From positions 251,532 to 315,531 of the forward strand of contig JAPLVF010000013.1 of assembly GCA_026397255.1 (NCBI GenBank): a stretch of DNA of 64,000 nt. The letters run 5' to 3'. A program made the translations under genes and the position numbers. The stretch's first letter is position 1; each line of letters begins with the position of its first letter. The DNA is from Candidatus Beckwithbacteria bacterium (GTDB taxonomy: Bacteria; Patescibacteriota; Microgenomatia; UBA1400; CG1-02-47-37). Below are positions 1-9,836 of the stretch, in pieces. A model generated the notes under the pieces. It searched no databases. It worked only from the letters and a program-made list of their open reading frames with translations, and was not told the origin of the DNA.

Positions 1-579
1 TTCGCCGGTGACATCGATAATATCGCTAATGTCCGTCGGGTCAACCACTTTTTTCTCCGCTACAATATAGTTATAAGGAACATTGTTATAGTAAGCAATA
101 ATTTTATCGCCTTTTTCCAGTTTTCCTAAAAGATAGAAAACCGCATTAAACCGTTCCACATCAAAAGTCGCGTCAGTCGAATGGCCGAAAATATAAACCG
201 TACCGTTTTCTCCCGGAACCGCCGTCCCGACCGCATGGGCGACTCCACCCGCCTGTTTTAACACCGATTGGTAGGCTTTTACATCCTCGGGGTTAACATT
301 TTCCGTCACCGACACGTTGACAAAAATTTTCGGGATCACCAAACCAAACTGGGTTGACAAGGGCTTGACCACATCAGCGTTGGCCAATTGTTTAAAACCG
401 GACATTGATACCATCATGCCTGAAAAACCAACAGTTGGTTTACCGGTTGACGCGGCTTTTACTTCTTGCTGATAACGCGCTTCGGTGATGACGCTCGGAC
501 CGAAAATCCAGGCTAAAATTACCACAATTAGCCCTAAACTTAAATTAATCCCCCAAATGATTAATTTTTTATTTTTCAT
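1..579 (-). CDS. Sortase (class A/E-like transpeptidase), 3' end truncated by the window edge. The N-terminal signal-anchor is present.
   Basis: Manual minus-strand translation from ATG at 579-577 gives MKNKKLIIWGINLSLGLIVVILAWIF (TM anchor). Further on: ...GENGTVYIFGHS...FAVFYLLGKLEKGDKIIAYYNNVPYNYIVAEKKVVDPTD, matching the sortase His-loop and beta6/beta7 region. The catalytic TLxTC should lie beyond position 1. Not in the ORF track because the ORF runs off the window. Confidence 0.55.
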   Translation of the reverse strand, partial: MKNKKLIIWGINLSLGLIVVILAWIFGPSVITEARYQQEVKAASTGKPTVGFSGMMVSMSGFKQLANADVVKPLSTQFGLVIPKIFVNVSVTENVNPEDVKAYQSVLKQAGGVAHAVGTAVPGENGTVYIFGHSTDATFDVERFNAVFYLLGKLEKGDKIIAYYNNVPYNYIVAEKKVVDPTDISDIIDVTGE

Positions 580-582
580 AAA

Positions 583-1986
583 CTAAAACCCAAATAATAA
601 TTTCACTAATAGTAAAGTTGCTCCCAAACCGGCACTGCCAACGCTTAACCAAGTCGGTGCTCCGGTTGAAGGCTGGCTGGGCGGAAAATTTGGCGTTGGA
701 CTGGCTCCGTTAATACCGTTAACCGGATAGTTGCCAAAATAAAACTTATAGTTTTTGCTTTGATTCAGAGTTTGTTCTACTACCGTTCCGGTCGTATTTA
801 ACCACCCTTCCTGACCCAACTCCTGTATCTTAACTCTATCACCGATATTGACCGTGATGGTGTCTCCGGCGTCTCCATTCGGTTCAATCGTGTAGCTTTC
901 TTCTTGCCCGCCATTCACCTGATAGGTAAATTCCCAGGCCCGATTAGTCGAACCTTCCCCGGTTTCTCTAACCCCGTTTTTATTAGCATCTAAAAATTTC
1001 TCAATAACAAAAGTGGGTTGATTGGCTCCCGGCGATGGGCTGGGACTGGGACTGGAACCGGGTTCGGGTGAAGGGCTGGCGGAAATTCGTTGGTTGCCAA
1101 AATCAAAAGTATAAGTATGTCCCGCCTGGCTTAATGTTTGTGTCTGATTTTTAGGAGTGGTAATCTTCCAACCGGATTTAGTAAATTCCTCTACTTCGAC
1201 TTTGGTTCCTTTGTTCATGGTTGTCTTAGCTGATAAACCGCTGGCAGTGGCCGTATTAATCGCTTTCCAGTCGCCGTCGTTAATGCTGTATTGGAACGAC
1301 CAGGTCTTATTCGGACTGCCTTCATTAGAATCTTTGTCACCGTCGCCGTTTAAATCATTAAATTTGCGGATTTGAAAATAGGCTTTATTAGAAGATGGGG
1401 TGGGTTTATAGGAAAAAATCACTAAAAAATCATTATAGTCTGAGGCTGGCTCACCAGCCGTATCCCAATCTGACCAGCATTGAGTGGAAACAATCGGTTC
1501 ACCGTTGTCATTTACTTCCTTAACATAGGCCTCAATATTCACCGGTGGGTCTGCCAAACCGCTAACGCCGCATTGTTTTCCGTCATTAATCGGCGTTTGC
1601 CAATTAAAGTCGGGTTGGTAAACATCGTTGACTTTCGCGGAGATTTTTTCCGTTAGGCTTTCTTGAGCCTTAATATTAATTCCGGTATCTTTATAGTTGC
1701 CGGTGCTTATCTCAAAAACATTCGGAGTTTCTTGGTAAGTTAGCTCAAACTTTCTATTGGTCCAGGAGTCAAACCGCCAATAATAGATCCGGACCTCGCC
1801 GTCTTTAGGAAATTTTAACGTGGTTGGGTTAGTGCCGCTAGTTAACTCTTCCGGCTGCGCTTGGGCAATAAACGCTTCCTGCCGATTCAGACTGGATAGG
1901 TATGTCCGCATCGATAAATTTAGGCTGACTAGGCCAGTCACTACGATTACCCCGATCCACAAAAGTTTTTTCCAGGCAAACTTCAT
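583..1986 (-). CDS. Secreted or cell-surface protein with an N-terminal signal-anchor, an internal (SP)n linker (SPSPEPGSSPSPSPSPG) and a C-terminal hydrophobic anchor.
   Basis: 467-aa ORF. N-terminal TM MKFAWKKLLWIGVIVVTGLVSL, Ser/Pro-rich linker, C-terminal ...PSTGAPTWLSVGSAGLGATLLLVKLLFGF. Function unknown. Confidence 0.6.
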   Translation of the reverse strand: MKFAWKKLLWIGVIVVTGLVSLNLSMRTYLSSLNRQEAFIAQAQPEELTSGTNPTTLKFPKDGEVRIYYWRFDSWTNRKFELTYQETPNVFEISTGNYKDTGINIKAQESLTEKISAKVNDVYQPDFNWQTPINDGKQCGVSGLADPPVNIEAYVKEVNDNGEPIVSTQCWSDWDTAGEPASDYNDFLVIFSYKPTPSSNKAYFQIRKFNDLNGDGDKDSNEGSPNKTWSFQYSINDGDWKAINTATASGLSAKTTMNKGTKVEVEEFTKSGWKITTPKNQTQTLSQAGHTYTFDFGNQRISASPSPEPGSSPSPSPSPGANQPTFVIEKFLDANKNGVRETGEGSTNRAWEFTYQVNGGQEESYTIEPNGDAGDTITVNIGDRVKIQELGQEGWLNTTGTVVEQTLNQSKNYKFYFGNYPVNGINGASPTPNFPPSQPSTGAPTWLSVGSAGLGATLLLVKLLFGF

Positions 1987-2050
1987 CTTAAAATAATCCT
2001 ACACTATTTTACCAAGTTCTTCAAAAAAAGCGGCGTGATAGAATAAAATT

Positions 2051-3409
2051 ATGAGAAATTTTAAGACCTGGGTCGGGTTATTAATTTTAGTCGGAGGGTT
2101 AATCATCGCCTTAAGCTTGGGAAGAAGGGCCACCCGACTGCTACCCGGTGCGGCGGGCCAACCGGCTAATATTATTGTCAAGGCAGATGAAAGCGTAGGG
2201 CCTCTGCCCCGCCCCTGGACAAATTTAGCCCAAGGCGGTGAAGAATCCACCGGGATGCTCAGCCAAACCGTTGGCAAAATCAAACCATTAAAACCCACCT
2301 ATATCCGCCTTGACCATATATATGATTTTTATGACACGATTAAAAAAGAAAACGGACAGTTAAATTTTAACTGGACGAAATTAGATAAAGAAATTGAGGC
2401 AATTTTACAAACCGGGGCAAAACCGTTTTTATCTTTATCTTATCTACCGCAAGGCTTCGGGTTAAACGACTGGCAGGCAATCGTTAAGGCCACCATCAAT
2501 CATTATTCCGGCAAGAATGAGAAAAATTTGACAGACGTTTATTATGAAGTTTGGAACGAGCCGGATTTATTCGGCGACTGGAAAATTTCCGGCGAAAAAA
2601 ATTATTTGGACCTGTACCGGTTGGCGGCGGTCGGGGCCGATCAAATCACCAATGCCAATCTGTTTAAGTTGGGCGGGCCAGCCACGACCGGCATGTACCG
2701 CAACTGGATGGAAGCGCTATTTAATTTAATCGACAAAGAAAGTCTAAGATTGGATTTTATCTCCTGGCACCGTTACGGCCTCAACCCGAGTGATTTTTCG
2801 GCCGATACTGATGAAATTAGCAATTTAATCGGCCAATATCCTAAATTAATCAAAGCGGAAAGAATTGTTTCTGAGTGGGGATTTGATCCGAAAAACAACT
2901 CCGGTTATGACAGCGCGTTTGGAGCCGCCCATATCTTAGCCAGCGTCAGGGAAATGTTTAATCGGATTCAAAAAGCTTTTTTGTTTGAAATTAAAGACGG
3001 CAAAGACCCGAAGGGTCAACCATTTTGGGGCCGGTGGGGACTCTTAACCCATGAATCAACCGGCCTATTAATTAAGCCCAGATATAACATGCTGCTCTGG
3101 TTGAACGATCTGGGAACAAACCGCTTATTATTGTCCGGAGAAAATGGGTTTATAAGAGGCATTGCCGCTAAGAAAGAAAACGACATTCAGATTTATTTAG
3201 TGAATTATGACCCGGCTAATCAGCATGAAGAAACAGTCCCAATAATCGTCAAAAATTTACCACTGGGACAATATCAGGTGACAACCGAGTGGTTCGGACA
3301 GAAACCGGAAACTAAAATAATAACGATTACCGCCGGCACCTACGTTGACTCGGTTAACTTAAAACCAAATCAAAGCACCAGAGTTAGCTTAACGCCGAAC
3401 AACCGCTAA
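2051..3409 (+). CDS. Secreted clan GH-A (TIM-barrel) glycoside hydrolase, GH39/GH5-like.
   Basis: N-terminal TM. Acid/base motif YYEVWNEPD and nucleophile motif IVSEWGFDP are typical of clan GH-A retaining hydrolases. Confidence 0.6.
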   Translation: MRNFKTWVGLLILVGGLIIALSLGRRATRLLPGAAGQPANIIVKADESVGPLPRPWTNLAQGGEESTGMLSQTVGKIKPLKPTYIRLDHIYDFYDTIKKENGQLNFNWTKLDKEIEAILQTGAKPFLSLSYLPQGFGLNDWQAIVKATINHYSGKNEKNLTDVYYEVWNEPDLFGDWKISGEKNYLDLYRLAAVGADQITNANLFKLGGPATTGMYRNWMEALFNLIDKESLRLDFISWHRYGLNPSDFSADTDEISNLIGQYPKLIKAERIVSEWGFDPKNNSGYDSAFGAAHILASVREMFNRIQKAFLFEIKDGKDPKGQPFWGRWGLLTHESTGLLIKPRYNMLLWLNDLGTNRLLLSGENGFIRGIAAKKENDIQIYLVNYDPANQHEETVPIIVKNLPLGQYQVTTEWFGQKPETKIITITAGTYVDSVNLKPNQSTRVSLTPNNR

Positions 3410-5191
3410 AAAAGCTTCCTGAGAGAGATTGACCTTACCCACCCGCTTCATCCGTTTTTTGCCGCGCTTCTGACTGGCTAAAAGCTTGGCTTTGCGGCTT
3501 AAATCGGCGGCGTGGAGTTTAACCGTGACGTCTTTGCGGTAGGCTTTAATCGTTTCCCGGGCTAAAATTTTACCGCCCAAAACTACCTGGATTGGTAGTT
3601 CAAACTGCTGACGGGGAATGGCGGCTTTTAATTTTTTCGCTAATTTTAAGGCTAAGCTGACAGCCGCAGGGCGAACAGTTAAAACTGATAAGGGTTCAAC
3701 CAGCTGACGATTAAGTAAAATTTCCAGTTTAACGATGTCGCTTAAAACAAAACGGGAAAAACGCCAATCAAGGCTGGCAAAACCGGAAGAAACCGATTTT
3801 AAACGATCAAAAAAACCGCTGATTAATTCCCGGAGCGGCATAAAATAAACCAGCTTGACCTGGCTGCCAAAAAATTCCTGGGATTTCAGCTCGGCCCGAT
3901 ACTCGCGGCATAAATCCATCACCCCGCCCAGATAAGTAAGCGGGGTAAACAAAGATAAATCAATATACGGCTCCAGAGTTTGGTTGATTAACGAGGGGTC
4001 GGGAAAATCGGCCGGGCTAAGGATGGAAATAAGTTGGTGATTTTTCTTCAATTCAATCTGGTATTCAACCGACGGACTGGTAGTAATCAGGTTTAAATCA
4101 AATTCCCTTTCCAGACGCTCCTGGACGATCTCGGCGTGCAACAGCCCCTGAAAACCGATTTTAAAACCGCTGCCTAAAACCGCCGAGTTGACGGGATTGT
4201 AAGTAATGCTGGAGTCGGTTAAATGAAATTTTTCCAAAGAGGTTTTTAATTTAATAAAGTCTTGGTTGTCAATTGGATAAAAATCCATAAAGACAACCGG
4301 TAAGGGTTCCTGATATCCCGGCAAAGCGGAAACGGCCGAGCCTGATTCAACAATCGTGTCGCCGACGCGGCAAAGAGAAATATCTTTCAGGCCGGTGGCC
4401 AGATAGCCAACCTCGCCACAGGTTAATTGCTGCGTCGGTTTTAGGCTAGGAGAAAAGTAACCGATTTCCTGAGTTTTAAAGACGGTCGCGTTAGAAAAAA
4501 ATTTAAGCTGGGTAGAGGCAGTAATTTGGCCGTTGACTAAACGGACGCAAGCAATAACGCCGTGATGGGGATGATAAAAAGAGTTAAAAACTAAAGCTTG
4601 CAGGGGGCTGTCCTCCTTCGCTGAAGCTACGGCGGGCGAAGGAATCCGATCAATAACAGCTTTAAGCAATTCCGGTACGCCAGCGCCTGTTTTGGCAGAC
4701 ACTAATAAAATCTCCGAGGCTTTAAAACCGAATGAATCCTGTAATTCCTGCTTAACCCGATCAATTTCGGCATTGGCTAGGTCAATTTTATTAATCACCG
4801 GAATTAATTCCAAATGACTAGCCATGGCTAAATTGGCATTAGCCATTGTCTGGGCCTGAATTCCCTGGGTAGCGTCAACTAATAAAATGGCGCCTTCGCA
4901 AGCATTGAGCGACCGGGAAACTTCGTAGGAAAAATCAACGTGACCGGGGGTATCGATCAAATTTAGAATATAGGAGTTAGCATTTAGCAAATAGCGCATG
5001 CGGACAGGGGCGAGTTTAATGGTGATTCCCCGTTCTTTTTCAATCGGATTAGAGTCCAAGAACCGTTCCTCGAAATCTTTTTTGGCAATCGTACCGGTGG
5101 CTTGCAAAAATCGGTCGGTTAAAGTAGTTTTGCCATGATCGATATGACTGATAACGCAAAAATTTCTAATAGTTGATTGGTAGAGATTCAT
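3389..5191 (-). CDS. lepA: Elongation factor 4 (LepA).
   Basis: N-terminus VISHIDHGKTTLTDRFL (GTPase G1), DTPGHVDF, NKIDL. Length 600 aa and domain order match LepA. Confidence 0.95.
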   Translation of the reverse strand: MNLYQSTIRNFCVISHIDHGKTTLTDRFLQATGTIAKKDFEERFLDSNPIEKERGITIKLAPVRMRYLLNANSYILNLIDTPGHVDFSYEVSRSLNACEGAILLVDATQGIQAQTMANANLAMASHLELIPVINKIDLANAEIDRVKQELQDSFGFKASEILLVSAKTGAGVPELLKAVIDRIPSPAVASAKEDSPLQALVFNSFYHPHHGVIACVRLVNGQITASTQLKFFSNATVFKTQEIGYFSPSLKPTQQLTCGEVGYLATGLKDISLCRVGDTIVESGSAVSALPGYQEPLPVVFMDFYPIDNQDFIKLKTSLEKFHLTDSSITYNPVNSAVLGSGFKIGFQGLLHAEIVQERLEREFDLNLITTSPSVEYQIELKKNHQLISILSPADFPDPSLINQTLEPYIDLSLFTPLTYLGGVMDLCREYRAELKSQEFFGSQVKLVYFMPLRELISGFFDRLKSVSSGFASLDWRFSRFVLSDIVKLEILLNRQLVEPLSVLTVRPAAVSLALKLAKKLKAAIPRQQFELPIQVVLGGKILARETIKAYRKDVTVKLHAADLSRKAKLLASQKRGKKRMKRVGKVNLSQEAFLAVVRR

Positions 5192-6773
5192 CGTGAGTAA
5201 AGCGTTTAATTAAAACCGTAAAGCTATCCAGCTCTCTAATTTTTAAAATTTTGGAAAAAACTGAGTAAACCGTCAAGCCAATTAAGGTCGTGATAATCGA
5301 TAAAATAATCAAATCAAGGGTCCGGGCGGTATCAAGAATATACCGGTCAAGAACACGCAAAGGAATCCAAAGACTGAAGCCGGTTAAAATCGTCGCTAAA
5401 GACATTTTTAAAAAAGGAATAAATAATAAGTGGCGGTCAAAGCCGCCGGTCAACCGGGCGAGAAAAAATAACAACAAGGCTGCATGTAAAAAACTAGCCA
5501 GGGAAACTCCCAAGGCCAAACCTAAAACACCGAAATGAAACTGATAAATAAACAGAATACTAAAGGCAACATTGGTAAAAACGGCGGCAATAGCCAGATA
5601 TAAAGGGGTACGGGTGTTGGATAGCGCATAAAAACCGCGGACCAGAATTTGAATAGCAGATTGGGCAAAAACAGAAATAGCAAAGAGGGCAACCACTTTG
5701 CCGGTTAAAATCGTCGCCTCCCAGGGGAAAGTCCGAGCACCGAAAGCCAGACGAACGGCCGGAATTCTTAAGACCAGCAAAATCATTCCGGCCGGCAAAC
5801 TTAAATATAAAGCCTGATTAAGGGATGATAAAAGCAGGGTTTTAAATTTATCCAAAGAATCCCGGGAAACATTCTGAGACAGAGTGGGCAAGGCGGCCTG
5901 ACCGATGGTGGCCCCGAACAAACCGACCGGCAAGTTGTTTAAATTTTGAGCAAAATAAAAAATGGCTAAAGAGCCGACCGACAAAGAAGTGGCCAGAAAA
6001 ACAGCCATGGTCAGCTCAATTTGGCTGACCGCTAAAGCTAAAGTTCGGGGAAACATTAATCGGCCAATCCGTTTCACCCCGGGATGTCGAAAATCAAAAC
6101 TAAAACGATAATTAAAACCTAAGCTCTTAACTAAAGGCACCTGAATTAAAAAATGCAAAAAGGCGCCGAGAATGACGCCAAGCGCCGGACCGTAGATTCC
6201 AAACATAGGTCCCAAAACCAGAATCCCAAAAATTATTCCCAAATTATAAGCAATCGGGGAAAGGGCAGGAATTAAAAAATAATGATGCGACTGCAAGATG
6301 CCGGTTAAAAAATTAGAAACCAAAAAACAAGCTTGGGCCAGCAATAAGATACGCGTCAAGACGGTCATCAGATTAAGCTGATCGACGGAAAAATTAGGGG
6401 CAATTAAATGGCTTAAGGGCCGGGCAAAAATAAATAAAACAGCGCCTAAAATCATAAATAAGGCCAGACCGATGTTAATAACGCTGGAAGCGACATGCCA
6501 GGCTTCATGTTTTTCTTTAATTAAATAGTGGGAGAAAACCGGAATAAAGGCAGCGGAAAAAGCGCCAACGACTAAAAGCTGAAAAATCATGTCCGGCAGC
6601 CGAAAGGCGGCAAAATAAACATCCAACTGCCAAGAACTTAACGGATTAAAAAAAGCGCCGGCCAAAAATCTGTCCCGCAACAACCCCAAAATCCGGGACA
6701 AAAAAACCGCAAACATCAGAGTACTGGCGGCAGAAAGAGTGTCTGGCTGTGGCCGAAGCCAACGATTTCTCAT
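5166..6773 (-). CDS. murJ: Lipid II flippase MurJ/MviN. The start was moved to the internal ATG (MRNRW...); the track ORF extends to 6866 and overlaps the rpsT promoter.
   Basis: At least 12 predicted TM helices. N-terminal motif LSRILGLLRDRFLAGAF is typical of MurJ. The 3' end overlaps the lepA start by 26 nt. Confidence 0.8.
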   Translation of the reverse strand: MRNRWLRPQPDTLSAASTLMFAVFLSRILGLLRDRFLAGAFFNPLSSWQLDVYFAAFRLPDMIFQLLVVGAFSAAFIPVFSHYLIKEKHEAWHVASSVINIGLALFMILGAVLFIFARPLSHLIAPNFSVDQLNLMTVLTRILLLAQACFLVSNFLTGILQSHHYFLIPALSPIAYNLGIIFGILVLGPMFGIYGPALGVILGAFLHFLIQVPLVKSLGFNYRFSFDFRHPGVKRIGRLMFPRTLALAVSQIELTMAVFLATSLSVGSLAIFYFAQNLNNLPVGLFGATIGQAALPTLSQNVSRDSLDKFKTLLLSSLNQALYLSLPAGMILLVLRIPAVRLAFGARTFPWEATILTGKVVALFAISVFAQSAIQILVRGFYALSNTRTPLYLAIAAVFTNVAFSILFIYQFHFGVLGLALGVSLASFLHAALLLFFLARLTGGFDRHLLFIPFLKMSLATILTGFSLWIPLRVLDRYILDTARTLDLIILSIITTLIGLTVYSVFSKILKIRELDSFTVLIKRFTHDESLPINY

Positions 6774-6774
6774 C

Positions 6775-6803
6775 TTGACGCGAGTATAACAAAAATATAA
6801 AAT
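6775..6803 (+). promoter_or_regulatory. Sigma70-like promoter for rpsT. TTGACG at 6775-6780, a 17-nt spacer, then TAAAAT at 6798-6803. The ATG follows at 6811, so the transcript is leaderless or nearly so.
   Basis: Read directly from the sequence. Only 7 nt lie between the -10 and the ATG, and there is no Shine-Dalgarno. Confidence 0.45.
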
Positions 6804-6810
6804 CCAAACC

Positions 6811-7059
6811 ATGCCAATACTAAAATCCGCCATTAAAAAACTAAAGCAGGATAAAAAAAGAACCAAGGTGAATAAGCCTTATCGCGAAAAATACCGGTTA
6901 GCGGTAAAAACGGCCAGAATCCATCCCAGTCTAAAAACGCTAAAATTGGCGGCGGCGGCGTTGGATAAAGCGGCAAAAAAGAAAGTCATTCATAAAAATA
7001 AAGCCAATCGACTCAAGTCGAGATTGACACGACTTCTCAAAAAGACAAAAAAGAAGTAG
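6811..7059 (+). CDS. rpsT: 30S ribosomal protein S20.
   Basis: MPILKSAIKKLKQDKKRTKVNK...IHKNKANRLKSRLTRLLKK. The basic helical protein of this length and pattern matches bS20. Confidence 0.85.
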   Translation: MPILKSAIKKLKQDKKRTKVNKPYREKYRLAVKTARIHPSLKTLKLAAAALDKAAKKKVIHKNKANRLKSRLTRLLKKTKKK

Positions 7060-7068
7060 AATTAACTA

Positions 7069-7617
7069 ATGCCTGCCATCAAAAAAGAAATCAACTTGCT
7101 ACCGAAAGAGCCTTGGGAAAAAGGCTTTTTAGGAAATTTAATCCACTGGGTGTTATCGGTCGGCCGCTACGTAGTCGTATTTACCGAGTTAATTGTAATT
7201 TCCAGTTTTTTATACCGATTTAGCTTGGATAAAAAATTAGCCGACTTGAATGAAAAAATAAAACAAGAAAAGACAGTAGTCGAAAGCTACGGTGATTTTG
7301 AAGATAAATTCAGACAGGTACAAAAACAGTTAGAAGAAGTAAAGATAAAAGAAGATGAATCAATCCCGATTGGACTGATTTTAAATACTATCAGTGAGAT
7401 TACCCCCACAGAAACAGTCTATGAATCAATCACAATTAATAACCAAGTGGTTGAGTTACAGGGCCGGGTTTTATCAGAAGTGGGATTAGCCACCTTGCTG
7501 ACCCAGGCCCAAGCCCGGAAAGAATTTTCAGACATCAACTTAGAAAATGTCACCTCCGGAAAAAATAACAGCCAAGAAATAAATTTTCAAATGACCTTAA
7601 CTTTAGCTAAAAAATGA
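7069..7617 (+). CDS. PilN-like bitopic membrane protein (type IV pilus or competence assembly component), tentative.
   Basis: INLLPKE N-terminal motif, a single TM (VVVFTELIVISSFLY) and a coiled-coil periplasmic segment. This is PilN architecture, but no pilM lies adjacent. Confidence 0.4.
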   Translation: MPAIKKEINLLPKEPWEKGFLGNLIHWVLSVGRYVVVFTELIVISSFLYRFSLDKKLADLNEKIKQEKTVVESYGDFEDKFRQVQKQLEEVKIKEDESIPIGLILNTISEITPTETVYESITINNQVVELQGRVLSEVGLATLLTQAQARKEFSDINLENVTSGKNNSQEINFQMTLTLAKK

Positions 7618-8204
7618 AACAAGATTATTTACGCTGGGCACAACAACCAATAGTGAGAATTTCCGGATTAATTTCCCTAACCTTTTTTACGGTCGCCTTC
7701 TTTGGTATCTTTGCCATTATGCCAACCTTTAAAACAATCGCTAAACTTAATAAAGAAATTGAAGACAGCCAAATAATTGACAGTCAACTTTATAAAAAAA
7801 CCGTTAGCTTGCAGGCCGCTCAAACAAATTATGACAAAGTTATTAATGATTTAGGTTTAGTAAATCGGGTAATGCCGGAAAGGGAAGAGTTTGAAACCCT
7901 GTCCTGGCAGATAGCCTGGCTGGCTAGCCAAAAAGGGGTAGAGCTGACAAGCGGCACTTTTAACACTTTCAACTTGGTCGGGCCCAGTGAAACCGGTTTA
8001 CAAACCCTGGAAATTGATTTGACGGTCAGCGGCCCCTATTTAAACATTAAGGATTATTTCGTCTCCTTAACCGGCTTTGACCGATTAATCACCATTAGCG
8101 ACGTAAATTTCGGCAGTAAGAATTCAAATAATCTAAAAAATAATCTGAACTTAACCGCTAACTTAAAATTAACTGCCTATTGGTTACCTAAGGAGGGAAA
8201 ATAA
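7614..8204 (+). CDS. PilO-like bitopic membrane protein, tentative.
   Basis: A TM followed by a coiled coil, then a C-terminal beta-rich region (RLITISDVNF). A 4-nt overlap with the upstream gene indicates an operon. Confidence 0.35.
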   Translation: MKQDYLRWAQQPIVRISGLISLTFFTVAFFGIFAIMPTFKTIAKLNKEIEDSQIIDSQLYKKTVSLQAAQTNYDKVINDLGLVNRVMPEREEFETLSWQIAWLASQKGVELTSGTFNTFNLVGPSETGLQTLEIDLTVSGPYLNIKDYFVSLTGFDRLITISDVNFGSKNSNNLKNNLNLTANLKLTAYWLPKEGK

Positions 8205-8507
8205 ATGCTCAGCGGAGTGCAAAAATCCTGGCGCAAAGACTTATTCAGATTGTCAATAATGACATTAATTACCGTGGTCGTCTGGATCGGCTTGGCCACT
8301 TACCAAGCTTTAACCAAAAGCCAGATAAAACCGGATGTAGCCAAGGCAATTTTACCCTTGACGCCAACCCTCGACATTGACACAATGGAAAGGATTAAAC
8401 AAAAACAGGTTACTCCTAATATTGATTGGGGCAGCCTAACGCCGGTAAAGCCGGAAATTTTAGCGGTGCCCAAAGAAGCGACTGCCAGCAGCCATGCAAA
8501 CGAATAA
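8205..8507 (+). CDS. Small membrane protein, hypothetical.
   Basis: 100 aa with one TM helix (IMTLITVVVWIGLATY). The start is adjacent to the stop of the upstream gene (8204). Confidence 0.4.
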   Translation: MLSGVQKSWRKDLFRLSIMTLITVVVWIGLATYQALTKSQIKPDVAKAILPLTPTLDIDTMERIKQKQVTPNIDWGSLTPVKPEILAVPKEATASSHANE

Positions 8508-9828
8508 AGTTCATTTCCCCACTGCCTTAGGCTTGTTAATTTTATTAGTGGCAATATTTTTAGGCGTGTTTTTTGCCAAAACCAGAACAGTAAACACCAA
8601 CCAGAGCCAAGAAACAGCCACGCCCAGTCAAATAAGAATTACCAACGTGACTGATAATGGTTTTTCCACGTCTTGGCTGACAGATCAACAGACAGAAGGG
8701 TTTCTTAAATACGGCACTAAAGAAACAGAGTTAAGCCAATCAACCCTGGATGACCGGGACCAACTATCAGGAGAAAAAGGGAAGTTTGAAGTGCATTATG
8801 TGACGAGTAAAAATTTAATGCCAGCAACTAAATATTATTTTAAAATTGACTCGGGCGGCAAACAGTTTGACAACAACGGCAAACCGTTTGAGGTCGTCAC
8901 GGGCCCAACTTTAACTAATGCTCCCAGCGCTGACCCAATTTACGGCACGATTTTAACTCAATCAGGAACAGCGGCAGAAGGAGTGATTGTTTATATAAAT
9001 GTGGCTAATGCCGCACCCTTATCAGCTCTAACAAAAACTAACGGCAACTGGGCGTTATCGTTAGCCACAGCCAGAACGTCAGATTTAAGCGGCTTCTTAA
9101 AATACGACACCCAGGCGACAATTATAAATCTTTTAGTCCAAGCGGGAAAGTTGGGAACGGCTTCGGCAATTACGACCGCCACTAATGATAACCCGGTGCC
9201 GGATATCAGTCTGGGTAAGTCCGAGGATTTTCGGGCCCAGGCCATGCCTTCGTCTTCGACTACGGCAGGCGACGCCGGAGCAACGGAAAGCGGACAAATA
9301 GGACAAAAAAGCGGATTTTTGTTAAATCCGCTGGTGGCCCAAGTAGCCACCGAGAGCGGCGAGGTGACCTTGAACAATCCTGCCTACGACGGCGAGGTGA
9401 TTAATGCCACCCAGCCGGCTTTTATGGGCAGCGGGCCGGCAGGGAAAATTTTGGCAATTGAGATTCACTCCACGCAAACCTATACCGGCTCGGCCACGGT
9501 TAACAGCAGCGGGGAATGGGAATTTAACGCACCGAAAGGGTTAACCCCGGGAGAGCATACGGTCACAATTAACTATATCGGAACTGACGGAAAAGAGGCG
9601 ACAATCAGCCGTAATTTTGTGATTGCCCAGGCGGGAGAAACAACCGTGCCGGCCATTACCGCGACCCCTTCGGGAGGAACAACTTCCCCTAGTCCCGCTC
9701 CCCGAACCTCAATGCCGGCAACCGGCAGCGGTATTCCTCACCCCGGCTCAAGTGAGATTTCTTTACTAATGCTGTTGACAGGGTTAGGATTAATTATCGG
9801 TAGTTTAAAAATTAAAAATATTGTATAA
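8494..9828 (+). CDS. Secreted FN3/purple-acid-phosphatase-N-like domain protein with a C-terminal sortase-type sorting signal (MPATGSG, TM, KIKNIV).
   Basis: Signal anchor, then ITNVTDNGFSTSWLTDQQTEGFLKYGT (FN3-like). C-terminus: ...SMPATGSGIPHPGSSEISLLMLLTGLGLIIGSLKIKNIV. Confidence 0.6.
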   Translation: MQTNKVHFPTALGLLILLVAIFLGVFFAKTRTVNTNQSQETATPSQIRITNVTDNGFSTSWLTDQQTEGFLKYGTKETELSQSTLDDRDQLSGEKGKFEVHYVTSKNLMPATKYYFKIDSGGKQFDNNGKPFEVVTGPTLTNAPSADPIYGTILTQSGTAAEGVIVYINVANAAPLSALTKTNGNWALSLATARTSDLSGFLKYDTQATIINLLVQAGKLGTASAITTATNDNPVPDISLGKSEDFRAQAMPSSSTTAGDAGATESGQIGQKSGFLLNPLVAQVATESGEVTLNNPAYDGEVINATQPAFMGSGPAGKILAIEIHSTQTYTGSATVNSSGEWEFNAPKGLTPGEHTVTINYIGTDGKEATISRNFVIAQAGETTVPAITATPSGGTTSPSPAPRTSMPATGSGIPHPGSSEISLLMLLTGLGLIIGSLKIKNIV

Positions 9829-9836
9829 ATAAACTT

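Noticed and set aside
7069-8204. Calling these a bona fide type IV pilus PilMNO module.
   Set aside because: No PilM (actin-like ATPase-fold protein), pilin, PilB/PilT or PilC is in the window. I kept only a tentative PilN/PilO-like label based on architecture.
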